From Macrostomum lignano (lineage: Eukaryota), in NCBI GenBank assembly GCA_002269645.1, contig NIVC01002930.1, positions 1 to 64,000 of the forward strand: a stretch of DNA of 64,000 nucleotides, given 5' to 3'. Shown here piece by piece: positions 50,080 through 62,793 of the stretch. The notes beneath the pieces were generated by a model. That model had not been told where the DNA came from and did not search any database. It saw only the letters and a list, made by a program, of their open reading frames with translations. A program made the position numbers and the translations under genes. How positions within the stretch are numbered: the stretch's first letter is position 1; every line of letters starts with the position of its first letter.

Positions 50080-52400
50080 CGGTGAGAGGAGAGTAGAGTG
50101 GCTACTCAAAGTAGGCAGTGAGAGGAGAGTAGAGACGCTACACTTCTCCTTCGCAACAGTAGAGATGCTCAAAGTAGGCGGTGAGAGGAGAGTAGAGAGG
50201 CTACTCAACGTAGGCAGTGAGGGGAGAGTAGAGAGGCTACTCAAAGTAGGCGGAGATAGGAGAGTAGAGACGCGACTCAAATTAGGCAGTGAGAGGCGAG
50301 TAGAGAGGCTAGTCAAAGTAGGCAGTGAGAGGATAATGGAGAGGCTACTCAAAGTAGACAGGTAAGCGTAGAGGCTACTCAGAGTAGACAATAAATGTAG
50401 AGGCTACTCAAAGTAGACAGGGGAGTGTAGAGGCTACTCAAAGTAGACAGGTGAGTGTAGAGGCTACTCAAAGTAGACAGGTGAGTGTAGAGGCTACTCA
50501 AAGTAGACAGGTGAGTGTAGAGGCTACTCAAAGTAGACAGGTGAGTGTAGAGGCTACTCAAAGTAGACAGGTGAGTGTAGAGGCTACTCAAAGTAGACAG
50601 GTGAGTGTAGAGGCTACTCAAAGTAGACAGGTGAGTGTAGAGGCTACTCAAAGTAGACAGGTAGTGTAGAGGCTACTCAAAGTAGACAGGTGAGTGTAGA
50701 GGCTACTCAAAGTAGACAGGTGAGTGTAGAGGCTACTCAAAGTAGACAGGTGAGTGTAGAGGCTACTCAAAGTAGACAGGTGAGTGTAGAGGCTACTCAA
50801 AGTAGACAGGTGAGTGTAGAGGCTACTCAAAGTAGACAGGTGAGTGTAGAGGCTACTCAAAGTAGACAGGTGAGTGTAGAGGCTACTCAAAGTAGACAGG
50901 TGAAGTGTAGAGGCTACTCAAAGTAGACAGGTGAGTGTAGAGGCTACTCAAAGTAGACAGGTGAGTGTAGAGGCTACTCAAAGTAGACAGGTGAGTGTAG
51001 AGGCTACTCAAAGTAGACAGGTGAGTGTAGAGGCTACTCAAAGTAGACAGGTGAGTGTAGAGGCTACTCAAAGTAGACAGGTGAGTGTAGAGGCTACTCA
51101 AAGTAGACAGGTGAGTGTAGAGGCTACTCAAAGTAGACAGGTGAGTGTAGAGGCTACTCAAAGTAGACAGGTGAGTGTAGAGGCTACTCAAAGTAGACAG
51201 GTGAGTGTAGAGGCTACTCAAAGTAGACAGGTGAGTGTAGAGGCTACTCAAAGTAGACAGGTGAGTGTAGAGGCTACTCAAAGTAGACAGGTGAGTGTAG
51301 AGGCTACTCAAAGTAGACAGGTGAGTGTAGAGGCTACTCAAAGTAGACAGGTGAGTGTAGAGGCTACTCAAAGTAGACAGGTGAGTGTAGAGGCTACTCA
51401 AAGTAGACAGGTGAGTGTAGAGGCTACTCAAAGTAGACAGGTGAGTGTAGAGGCTACTCAAAGTAGACAGGTGAGTGTAGAGGCTACTCAAAGTAGACAG
51501 GTGAGTGTAGAGGCTACTCAAAGTAGACAGGTAAGCGTAGAGGCTACTCAGAGTAGACAATAAATGTAGAGGCTACTCAAAGTAGACAGGGGAGTGTAGA
51601 GGCTACTCAAAGTAGACAGGTGAGTGTAGAGGCTACTCAAAGTAGACAGGTGAATGTAGAGGCTACTCAAAGTAGACAGGTGAGTGTAGAGGCTACTCAA
51701 AGTAGACAGGTGAGTGTAGAGGCTACTCAAAGTAGACAGGTGAGTGTAGAGGCTACTCAAAGTAGACAGGTGAGTGTAGAGGCTACTCAAAGTAGACAGG
51801 TGAGTGTAGAGGCTACTCAAAGTAGACAGGTGAGTGTAGAGGCTACTCAAAGTAGACAGGTGAGTGTAGAGGCTACTCAAAGTAGACAGGTGAGTGTAGA
51901 GGCTACTCAAAGTAGACAGGTGAGTGTAGAGGCTACTCAAAGTAGACAGGTGAGTGTAGAGGCTACTCAAAGTAGACAGGTGAGTGTAGAGGCTACTCAA
52001 AGTAGACAGGTGAGTGTAGAGGCTACTCAAAGTAGACAGGTGAGTGTAGAGGCTACTCAAAGTAGACAGGTGAGTGTAGAGGCTACTCAAAGTAGACAGG
52101 TGAGTGTAGAGGCTACTCAAAGTAGACAGGTGAGTGTAGAGGCTACTCAAAGTAGACAGGTGAGTGTAGAGGCTACTCAAAGTAGACAGGTGAGTGTAGA
52201 GGCTACTCAAAGTAGACAGGTGAGTGTAGAGGCTACTCAAAGTAGACAGGTGAGTGTAGAGGCTACTCAAAGTAGACAGGTGAGTGTAGAGGCTACTCAA
52301 AGTAGACAGGTGAGTGTAGAGGCTACTCAAAGTAGACAGGTGAGTGTAGAGGCTACTCAAAGTAGACAGGTGAGTGTAGAGGCAACTCAAAGTACATGTA
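50080..52400 (+). repeat. 30-bp highly homogeneous minisatellite
   Basis: Unit gtgagtgtagaggctactcaaagtagacag; a variant block repeats near 50363 and 51531. Confidence 0.98.
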
Positions 52401-52476
52401 GGCAGGTGTGGTCACAAGACAAAAGCTTACCAGCATCGCCGTCCGTCGCTTTTCCAGCTGCTCGTCAACCGCGACC

Positions 52477-55400
52477 ATGTCGCCGTCGTTTCGACTCGCC
52501 AATCGGGCCGGCTGGCTCTCCGCCGCGGTGCTGCCTCTGTCGTTGCGCCGTAGCCTCGTCGCCTCCGCGCGATGCTACTGCGCCTGCGCCACCACCAGCA
52601 CGCCCGACTCAGCCGGCGATAGTCGAAGCCGCGTAGACCTAAGCCGGCTGCGGATTCGCCGTGTCGGCCTTGACGACCTGCCGCAGCTGCGCCAGCTTCA
52701 GCCGCAGGCTCACGGCGGTCTGGACGATGTCGATCAGCTTCTCCGATTGATGCCGTCGGCTGATGCGGACGTCCAGGGATTCCCCCGTCGGGCCTACCTG
52801 GCCGAGACGCTGGACAGCGCTGGCGTCGGCGAAGCTGCCGCCTTTTTAAACGTTGTCCTTGTCGACAACTGCGAATCGGCCGTGCTGACCCACGGCCGGG
52901 CCCGCTCCGACCTGGTCGGCAGCGGCGTGTTGGCCCGCCTGGCCGCCGCTGCCCTGGCCGACGTCAGCGTTGGCGAGGGCCGCCTGCCGATCAGGCGCAC
53001 CCTCGGCTCGCTCTGCATGCCGCGCTACTCGCGCGACGCCCTGGCCAGCCGGTCCGGCGCCTTCACCGTGCTGAGCTCGCTTGGCCAGCTGGGCTTTCAC
53101 TTCAATTCGCTCTACTATCGCACCGAATTGGCGCCGAGGCTGTTGGCGCCACAATCGGCGCCGAGTGAACCGATTGACGCGGCGGAGCCCGGCGATTTGT
53201 GGCGCCTTCTGGCTGACAGGCCGGCTACTCGGCAGCGACTGTTTCCTAGCGGCCATCTGCAGGTTTGCCGCCTGCCCATGCGACTCGATGAGGACAATTT
53301 AATGCGGGTAAATTGATTCGCGTCCTTTTGTTTAAGCACTCTTATTGTAGTATTGAGTATTGATATATGTAGCCCGGGGTATTGGGAATAAAAATAGGGT
53401 TTCGTAATTTACAGACGAGGTATTGGGATCTCAGGATGGGGTATTGGGATTTCTAGATGGGATATTGGGATTTTTAGATGGGATATTGGGATTTCTAGAT
53501 AGGATACTGGGATTTCTAGATAGGATACTGAGATTTCTAAATAGGATACGGGATTTCTAGATGGGATATTGGGATTTCAAGATGGGATATTGGGATTTCT
53601 AGATGGGATATTGGGATTTCTAGATAGGATATTGGGATTTCTAGATAGGATACTGAGATTTCTAAATAGGATACTGGGATTTCTAGATGGGATATTGGGA
53701 TTTCAAGATGGGATATTGGGATTTCTAGATAGGATACTGGGATTTCTAGATAGGATATTGGGATTTCTAGATAGGATATTGGGATTTCTAGATAGGATAT
53801 TGGGATTTCTAGATAGGATATTGGGATTTCAAGATGGGATATTGGGATTTCTAGATGGGATATTGGGATTTCTAGATAGGATATTGGGATTTCTAGATAG
53901 GATATTGGGATTTCAAGATGGGATATAGGGATTTCTAGATGGGATATTGGGATTTCAAGATGGGATATTGGGATTTCAATATGGGGTATTGGGATTTCAA
54001 GATGGGATATTGGGATTTCCAAGATGGGATATTGGGATTTCAAGATCGGATATTGGGATTTCAAGATGGGATATTGGGATTTCAAGATGGGATATTGGGA
54101 TTTCAAGATGGGATATTGGGATTTCAAGATGGGATATTGGGATGTCAAGATTGGGTATTGGGATGTCAAGATGGGGTATTGGGATTTAGGAGATATAGGC
54201 AAAACTGGTTCACAATGCACGGACACAGGCCGGCAGCGACCCCGTCCTTGGCCCCGGCGCTCGGCCCTTCGTCAGCGGGCTGAACGGCACGGACAGCGGC
54301 GGCGATGAGGAAGCCGGGATCAGCTTCCGCTGCCAGCACCGCGCCAGCCTGGGCCGCCACCTGCTGGTGACCGCCTACACCACCTCGGAGGCTGAGGCGG
54401 TTGCCCACCTGGTCGCTCAGATGCGCCGAGTTGCTCAACAGCCCGGCAGCCTTCTGTCGTGCGAGCCCGGAGCTCGGGACGCCGATGACGACTCCGACGC
54501 TGACGATGACGACGTGTTTGTCAGCCTGTTCTTTCCACTGGAGCTGGGCATCCCCTCCCTGCTCAACCTGATTCAGGTAAGGCTCTTAGGTGTGCCGCCT
54601 ACCTGGGGGCCTATTTACTAATCCCATGCTAATCCGCTTCCGTAATTCCATTGCAACCCACTTGACTAATTCCATTATAATCCACTTTGACTTCCCTAGT
54701 CCCAGGAGGGTTGTAGCCTAGTGGTTAGAGCGTAGAGCTTACGACTGGAAGGTCGGGGGTTCGATTCCCGATCCCACTGGAACAATTTGTGTCCTTACAT
54801 GTAAGCAAGACACTTAGACTTAACTCTGCATTGCTTCAGTTCACCCAGCTGTAAAATGGGTGCAGCATGTGTGTGGGTCCTTGGACTGAACGGGTCTATG
54901 AAATTGCTTGCGAGCTTGCCGAACTTTACTTGCCGAAGTTTGCTTGCAGGAAATTTGCTTGCCGAGCCAAAGTTTTCTTGTGGAACCTTAAAGAACCTGA
55001 GCGTAAATTTTCATCCATTATACTAAATAATTTTCTAAGATTCATGGAAGTCGCCTATTTTGTATGAGGATATGGCGGATTGGCGTAACGCAGAAATGGA
55101 ATAATTTAGTTTTTTACTTACAAATAATCAACTTCCAACTTCACAAACTTCGCAAGAAATTTCTAGGAAGCTCAAAATTCCTGCAAGCAAACTTCGGCTA
55201 GCAGCAAGCAAACTTCCCGCCGACTCCCGGTAATTAACCCACTCCGCTGAAATCTTAATACTATTTACTATGCCTACCTTAATTCCGAAACCCAAAAAAA
55301 CTCTGCCGCAATGCAGGCGCACCCGGTGCTGCATAATCTGCCTCTGTCGTCGAACCCGAAGCTCAACTGCAAGCTGCACGCTGTTGAGCACGCCTACGTT

Positions 55401-55481
55401 GGGCCGCTGTCAGATCTCACCCTGGCCAGCCCGGAGGACGCTATCCCGGACGATGTAACCAATATTGATAAGACGCAGTAG
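52477..55481 (+). CDS. NAT16/histidine N-acetyltransferase-like GNAT protein; exons 52477-53307, 54229-54576, 55317-55481
   Basis: HGGLDD and AFLNVVLVDNCESAVLTHGRARSDLVGSGV resemble NAT16 YGGLDY...VNVIDAGETVLVEGLRV..RGKGV. Three phase-0 exons with GT-AG junctions. Confidence 0.7.
53420..54190 (+). repeat. 21-bp intronic minisatellite
   Basis: Unit gggatattgggatttctagat. Confidence 0.95.
54703..54895 (+). mobile_element. tRNA-derived SINE, copy 3 (3'-truncated or deleted)
   Basis: A box, B box and the same core as the other two copies. Confidence 0.8.
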
Positions 55482-56009
55482 GTTATTAAGGCCTGGCAAA
55501 GGTTGATAATTTACAAAAGGACAAGTAGTTTAACTATCGGATTAATGCGTAAATTTATTATTAATAATTTTCTGATATCACTATGGTATGCGTCTTAAAA
55601 GTTCGATTTGTAATGCAAGCTTGTAATTACTGAACTAACTGTCTGTGCTACGTTCAGCGGTGCGTCTCGTCTCGCGTGTGTTGTGCGCTTAATACTACAT
55701 TATGATTTTATTTTGTAAATATTTTTCACTTCTTTCGCTTTAATCAGTTTTAAAAAGATTTTGCTTGTCATTAATTATTTAGAGTATATATTCACTTTGT
55801 AGCACGGATGCTAGAATAACGGGATTTCGTCACTCGCAATTAAAGTTGTGAAAAAAGCAGTGCTTCTACTATTTTCTGTCTTTGCAGTGTCACTTAGACT
55901 TAATGTGGCCGCTAAGAAATCCTTTCCTTTCTCGGGGTTTGCGGCCTCAAGAGCATAAGAGGTCCAGAATGAACTACAAGCAATTAATTCCATGTACACA
56001 AGTGAGTGC

Positions 56010-56325
56010 AAGACGGATGAAACTCAGCCTAGAAATCTAGCTCAGCCAATGAGAGAGCTGTAAGGAGAGAGGTCAGAGTCAGACAGACGAAACTCAGCCT
56101 AGGGGGGAGGCCCAATCTGGCTCAGCGAATGAGAGAGCTGTAAGGAGAGAGGTCAGAGTCAGACGGACGAAAATCAGCCTAGGGGGCAGGCCCAATCTGG
56201 CTCAGCCAATGAGAGAGCTGTAAGGAGAGAGGTCAGAGTCAGACAGACGAAACTCAGCCTAGGGGGGAGGCCCAATCTACCTCAGCCAATAAGAGAGCTC
56301 TAAGGAGAGAGGTCAAAGTCAGACG
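56010..56325 (+). repeat. About 77-bp tandem repeat, about 4 copies
   Basis: gaaactcagcctag...ctcagccaatgagagagctgtaaggagagaggtcagagtcagac. Confidence 0.9.
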
Positions 56326-57336
56326 CAAGCGGGCAAGAGGAAAGCCATACTGTTTGTCGGTCTCTTTGGACGCTGAGCCACCCTTTTCTCTCTTGCTCGC
56401 TATGCACACGCAGTGAATTTGGATTTAAATCTAATTAAAATTTGACTATTATTAAAGCAAAATCTCTAATTTTGCTACTCAAAATGTAGTAAATAAGTGC
56501 ATATTTGCGTGTGACATTTCTAGTTTTAGTATCTGTATTCTAAACAGACGTTTTGGTGCGAAGGTTTACCCGCCTCTCTTATACATTGACTCAAACGTTT
56601 CTTGTTATATCATGAAAAATAATGTAAGTTTCTAAGGGTGCTTCTGGTTATAATGTATTTTAATAGTAGGGGTCTTTCTTGTAAATAAATCTACTATGCC
56701 ATTATAGTTGAACTCTAATCAGCACTAACTGCCGAATGCGTCTAAATTGATTTTTAACATTGTCTTTGTGTTCTTCCATTGTCACTTTTTATTCTACATA
56801 TTCGCTAGCCTTAGTAGCCTTAGTAGAATACGTAAGTTTGATAATTGAAATGTTAAAAGTTTCTCCGGTTAATAAATTTTATTAGGCTTCATAAGATTAA
56901 TTCATATAAACACAGGTAAACATGCGTTATATTATCTGTGGTTAAATATAAGCTCATTTATAGCGGAATGTTCTGCAGTCGCATCGCCTCATTTTTTCAT
57001 CCTATAATATGTCTTTTTGTCCTGTCTTTTACTATTTCAATGTTGAAATTAGTATTTGTAAATAGGATGGATTAAGAGCAGTAGGCATGAACTTTATTAT
57101 TGGCGGAACAATTTAGCTTTGGTTTATTTAAACAATTCCAATTTTACTTATTAGAGTAAAGATAGCAGAGACACTTTTTGGTATAAAAATGTGCCATTAT
57201 AGTAAGGATGTCAATTTATATCGCTCAATAGATATTGTTTACTTTGACTTGTGTATACGGATAGAGGGATTATTCGTTTTCGAAGGGTCAGAATACAAGC
57301 GTTGCGACATCCTCGTTAGAGTTATCTGGTCGAAGA

Positions 57337-58163
57337 TTACTCGGTGATAGCTGGCAGATCGCTGCGTCTCTTAAAGTACTCGTTGGCGTCCTGTTCCTGT
57401 TTGCCCAGCATGAAAGTATAGGTGCTGTGGTGGCGGTCCCTCCTGCCGCGGTTGATTCTCTTGCCCTGGTTGAAGACCGGAGTTGGGAACTCGCTGCACA
57501 CGCTGGTGCATCGGTGATTCATAAAGAATTCAGCCATACCCGTTGCACCGAGGTCGGTAGGACCGAACTTTCCCTGCTGTCTGGACAGCACGGCCGGGTC
57601 AGTGAGTATGTAGCCAGTCGGTGTCCTGACGCCCTGGATGTCGCACACGAGGAACTGACTTTCAGAAAACCAGTAGGTAAAGTGCGAGAATGTCGGGATT
57701 GCCGCCACTTCTTCGCTTTGCCAGCCGCCGTTGCTGTTAAACTTCTCATAAATGCCTTGAATAAAGTCTTCAACCAGGATTCTGTCGCCAACCTTGGCAT
57801 GCTCATATTTGTCTCCTGTGGGAATTTGCTTCACCGTGGCTAGCTTTGGGACGATGAATTGCAGCGGCTAGCTGCTAGCATATCCAGAATTGAATGCCAT
57901 TGCAAATTCGTTGGCCTTCTGGCTTGCTTTTACATCCGGCATGTAGTTCTTGTATTGCCGCGCCGCTTCTTCAATGAACACCTTGGTGACGCACGGTTTA
58001 CCATCCAGCCGTTGCCTTTGTAGACCCCTTTGAAGGCATATCTGCATTGTCCCTTATCGAATGGTGCGAGTTCAAATTCGACAGTGTACTGAACTCCGTC
58101 AATCTTTCTATCTAGCTTGGCCGTTGGCACCACCGTTTTATTCTTGCTGCCGCTGTTTCCCAT
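57337..58163 (-). pseudogene. Alpha-kinase (MHCK/eEF2K family) with a frameshift and a premature stop
   Basis: MGNSGSK..PFDKGQCRYAFKG, then a frame change near 58010 to LDGKPCVTKVF. TAG at 57870-57868, followed by LVEDFIQG.YEKFNSN, FSHFTY, LVCDIQG, LTDPAV, GPTDLG and HRCTSVC. Confidence 0.88.
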
Positions 58164-58799
58164 TGTCAATTGTTGTTGCGATGCTTCAATCTACTTTTTT
58201 AGTAGGTAAAAATATCAATTACTCGCATACAAAGATTGACTTATATATATATATATAAATAAGAAACGGAACTTCGCATCTCGTCGCTTCATACAACCCC
58301 ATGCCAGGGTTGTACAATTAGGAATAAGAAGCTATTGCTTTGAATAACTGATACGCGCAATTACTGTATGCTAATAGCGTACAATAGTAAGTACGGACGT
58401 GTAGCGCACACGCTAGTCCTTGCCTTGTGTCATTTTCGTCTTGCTATTTTTATATCTGACGCTTCTTTAGCCGCCAGATTTCTTTGAAATTTTTAATATT
58501 CTCTATACGAGCGTACTATTCTGGCCACGGGCCGCTCTATCCATAAATAGTATGGAAAATGTCAGTGGAATTTTAAATCTCTAGTTAATTACTCAATTAT
58601 CCTTAATAGACTAGTATACCGCGAAAAAATTCCCGTAGGAAGTTCCTTGGATTGAAATATTATGTGAAGGCAACAAGATGCGCTGTCAGGGGCACAGAAG
58701 GGTAGCGCGGCGCCGGCGTCAGAGAGCAGGCTTTCGATGAGTTCTGCGAGTTCTGTCTTTGCCAGTATGGTGCCAGCAGCGCCACACAGATCGCAGATA

Positions 58800-58926
58800 C
58801 CGATGGCGTAGCAGATCTCAGGTACCGATTGCGTAACAGAATTTGGGTACCGATTGTGTAAAAGATCTCAGGTACCGATTGCGTAACAGATCTCAGGTAC
58901 CGATTGCGTAACAGATCTCAGGTACC
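58800..58926 (+). repeat. 25-bp repeat, about 5 copies
   Basis: cagatctcaggtaccgattgcgtaa. Confidence 0.85.
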
Positions 58927-59119
58927 AACAACTCTACAGGTCGCATATCTAGAATAGCTAAATGTATATTGTATAACGGTAGTAGTTTGGGTGCTTGACT
59001 GCTTAGGTTAAAAGCAGCAATATAGCTAATAAAAGTGCGAGACTACTTACTATTCATAGTACCAAGTTCTAATGCCACTAAAAAACGTTTCCACTGCTCC
59101 AGAGCAGCCCCACTAGACA

Positions 59120-59815
59120 ATGGCCGAGAAACCTGCCGGTGACATGGCGCGGCAGTCGCGCCAAGTCGAAGAGACCAATGTTGTTGTGCCGCAATTTGAA
59201 GAGCTGGACACAGAAGGTCAGCAGGTGTTTGAAATATCCAACGCACTACTCAACCTCAACCTGGAGCAGCTGCATGCTAATTTGGACACCAGAAGAGCCG
59301 TGCAAGCCGCCACTGGCGAGCTGGTGCACCCGCCTGAGCAGCTTTTGACCGCGCAACCCCAGGCTGCTCTAAACAACTCCGGCTCGTTCGGTCGCAACCT
59401 GCTGCAAATCGCTAATGAGTTTGCTCGATCACGGCAAGCCGACAGCACAAGGCAGCTGGCGGCTAGCATTCGGTTGGACAGCCTTAATTACGAGAGCTTC
59501 CATCAACAGTTAAAAGATCTGTTTGAGCACGGGCTCAGCCTTGAAGCTTTTGTAGCACTGTTCTACTTTATGGCCTGTTTGCTAGCGAAATGCTTTGTTG
59601 AGCAAGGCTCCGAGGCTTTCATTCAGTTAGGCTGCAAATTGCTGCGTTGGTTTCTGGCCTACCTGCTCCTAGAGCTGGTCCAGTTTGCCACCAATTACAT
59701 TCGGTCTCTGAGCAGCACAGAGAGGAGCAGCTTTCTGTACGGATTCGTCACTGGCTCCGCGGCCACCGCTGCTGTCATGCTGTTTGGCATCCATGCCTAC
59801 AGGAACTGGCTGTAG
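59120..59815 (+). CDS. Divergent multi-BH Bcl-2-family protein with a C-terminal membrane anchor, intronless
   Basis: BH3-like FGRNLLQIANEF, BH1-like YESFHQQLKDLFEHGLSLEAFVALFYF, and a C-terminal hydrophobic helix FLYGFVTGSAATAAVMLFG. Confidence 0.75.
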   Translation: MAEKPAGDMARQSRQVEETNVVVPQFEELDTEGQQVFEISNALLNLNLEQLHANLDTRRAVQAATGELVHPPEQLLTAQPQAALNNSGSFGRNLLQIANEFARSRQADSTRQLAASIRLDSLNYESFHQQLKDLFEHGLSLEAFVALFYFMACLLAKCFVEQGSEAFIQLGCKLLRWFLAYLLLELVQFATNYIRSLSSTERSSFLYGFVTGSAATAAVMLFGIHAYRNWL

Positions 59816-60154
59816 GGGGGCTGACTGTGCGCTGTGAGGGATCTGCACTGATCAACTGATTATTCCAATATTAGATAATCTTCCGTACTACTGTGCACTC
59901 GTATGAATTTTGTGTGCTAATTTTTTATGTTGAACATTTACAGGCCAGAATCTCCCCTCAGTTTTTTCCGCTGCTCTCATTCCATCCGATGATATTGAAT
60001 GCTTTCTGTTTAGCTGCCTAACGTTGCTGCCTTTACCTGATGTTTCCATACTTGTACACTGTTTATGGCTGATTTTGTGGCTAATACATATGTATTTTTT
60101 AAATCTTATTATCGTGTGCCGTTTCTTAAACAGCCTTCAATCTAGTTATTTTAA

Positions 60155-60320
<166 letters not shown>

Positions 60321-60450
60321 TATCCATCTATCAATTAATGTTATCGCAAGCCGCAGTCTGGCCACAATCCAATCAGTGACGATTCATTCTCATTTAAATT
60401 TCTGCCCCCAGTCTCGAGCAGCTGCCACTGCAAAGTCATCTCAATCAGCA

Positions 60451-60891
60451 ATGCTCCGCCTACCCCATAATGCGCTGCTAGCTGCTCTCATTGCGGCCAT
60501 CGTCAGCGCCGGCTCCTCGGTCTGGGCCCACAGCGTGCAGGACCCCATGGGTGTGCACAGCCCCGAGCACCTGGCCCAGCACATGCGCGATGTCCGGCTG
60601 AGCGATTCGGCCGGGCCGGGCTCGCAGCAGGAGCAACAGGAGTATTATTATTTTAAGCTGCACGATTTCGATAACAACGGACGGCTGGACGGCGCCGAGC
60701 TGGTCAAGTCGCTGCTTGACCACGGCAGTCGGGGACACTCGGACAGCGACAATTCCGCCTCTGTGGTGAGCGATCACAATCTGGAGAGCACTGTTGATCA
60801 AATCCTGCGGGATGAGGATACTAATGGCGACGGATACGTTGACTATACGGAGTTTGTGGCCGCTCAGCGTCGGAACTCGAAGGATCATTGA
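60451..60891 (+). CDS. MCFD2: Multiple coagulation factor deficiency protein 2-like (secretory EF-hand protein), intronless
   Basis: Signal peptide, EHLAQHM, YYYFKLHDFDNNGRLDGAEL and VDQILRDEDTNGDGYVDYTEF. Confidence 0.92.
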   Translation: MLRLPHNALLAALIAAIVSAGSSVWAHSVQDPMGVHSPEHLAQHMRDVRLSDSAGPGSQQEQQEYYYFKLHDFDNNGRLDGAELVKSLLDHGSRGHSDSDNSASVVSDHNLESTVDQILRDEDTNGDGYVDYTEFVAAQRRNSKDH

Positions 60892-60951
60892 GTTGGCCGG
60901 CGAAGTCGTGACCTTTAGGATGAAAGTCCGGAAGTAGGCTGGTATGAATTC

Positions 60952-61560
60952 AGGGACTGATATCTCAACCGGAAGTGTGTTAGGTGTGTATCTAGGGACT
61001 GGGATCTCAACCGGAAGTGTGATAGGTGTGTATCTAGGGACTGGGATCTCAACCGGAAGTGTGATAGGTGTGTATCTAGGGACTGGGATCTCAACCGGAA
61101 GTGTGATAGGTGTGTATCTAGGGACTGGGATCTCAACCGGAAGTGTGATAGGTGTGTATCTAGGGACTGGGACCTCAACCGGAGGTGCGTTATGTGTGTA
61201 TCTAGGGACTAAGATCTCAACCGGAAGTGTGTTAGGTGTGTATCTAGGGACTGGGATCTCAACCGGAAGTGTGTTAGGTAGGTGTATCTAGGGCCTGGGA
61301 TCTCGACCGGAAGTGTGTTAGGTGTGTATCTAGGGCCTGGGACCTCAACCGGAAGTGCGTTATGTGTGTATCTAGGGACTGGGATCTCAACCGGAAGTGT
61401 GTTAGGTGCGCATTTAGGAACTGGGATCTCAACCGGAAGTGTGTTAGGGGCGTATCTAGATATTTAGGGACTGGAACCTCAATCGTAATTGTCTTAGTTG
61501 TACGTGTATCTAGAGACTGGGATCTCAACCGGAAGTGTGTTAGGTGCGTATTTAGAAACT
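60952..61560 (+). repeat. 42-bp minisatellite
   Basis: Unit gggactgggatctcaaccggaagtgtgataggtgtgtatcta. Confidence 0.95.
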
Positions 61561-62182
61561 TTTGATTGATAATTTGATAATTATAGTTGTGTCCATGTGC
61601 CAATAACTGCGACATTCAATTCTTCCTTATTTCCTGTACTTACTAGTGTTTGAAGTTGACCACCGATTTTTAATGAATTTTCTGTCGAAATTTTGCCGTT
61701 ACCTTTTTTGACGATGGGTGATGGAGAACTGTGTATGCTACTATGCTACTGCTAGTAGTTTTAACTTAGGTGCCTTTAAATTTGCTCAATATTTCTCATT
61801 TTGATTTGGATCGGGAATCTCTTCTTTTTGTTGTTTTATTGTTTTAATTTGTTCTCTTTTATCTAGTCGAATTCGGAGTTTTTTCTTCAAATTAGAGTTT
61901 CAATATACCGATTAACTTTTGTTGAAGTCTTCAAAATTTAAACTTCGATGTGTTGTTTTTTCGACTAGTCTTTCTGCATACTTAACTTGATTCGAAATTC
62001 GAAATTATGATTCGGTATTGGCAAATGTTGGATGCCCTGGACTGGGTGCCACTCCAGATGTTGCACTAGCAAACACAACAACTCAGCATTTCTGGGCTCT
62101 GGCTGGACCCCTCACTGGAGCCGGAGTGTGCGAGTACAAATACGAGTATGCAAGGACTACTTACAAGGACGCAACATGGTAT

Positions 62183-62793
62183 GTAAGGACGCAACACTCG
62201 AAATCTAAGGTAAATGTTTTGTAGGCCACTTTTCGCCGAAAAACACACTACGGAGATAGGAAGTTGTCAATTTTTCAGCACAAAAGTTGTTATTGCTTTC
62301 GATAGGAGGCAGATCCAATGTTCATCTTTTGATATTTTGTGCCTTTCTTATAGCTCTATCGATATATCTATAAAGCTTTTCGTTCGGAAAATTATGTTAA
62401 TTTTTTATCCTACGTACATTTCCTGTACTTAAAAATCATTAAAATGCATGGCACAGCTCCAATCCTTGGTTTTATGAATCTATTTTATCATCTCTGTTAC
62501 ACATATTGTTACAAAGTCAGCTAAGAATGACAAAATAGATTCATAAAACCAATGAGCTGAGCCGTGCTGAGCCGACATAATATCCTAATTTTCTGAACAA
62601 AAAGCTTTATGAATATCGATAGAGCTATAAGAAAGGCACAACACATCAAAAGATGAACATTGGGTCTGCTTCCAATCGAAAGCAATAACAACTTTTGTGC
62701 TGTAAAAATGAGAACTTCCTATCTCCGTAGTGTATTTTTCGGCGAAAGGTGGCCTTCAAAACATTTCCATAGATTTTGAGTGTCGCGTTTTGT
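62183..62793. mobile_element. About 610-bp foldback palindrome, probably a non-autonomous DNA transposon
   Basis: 62183-62390 is the reverse complement of about 62590-62793, and 62445-62490 pairs with about 62525-62570. Confidence 0.8.

Noticed and set aside
54703-54780. tRNA gene
   Set aside because: The anticodon arm does not pair, and the sequence continues into a core shared with two other dispersed copies, so it is a SINE head.
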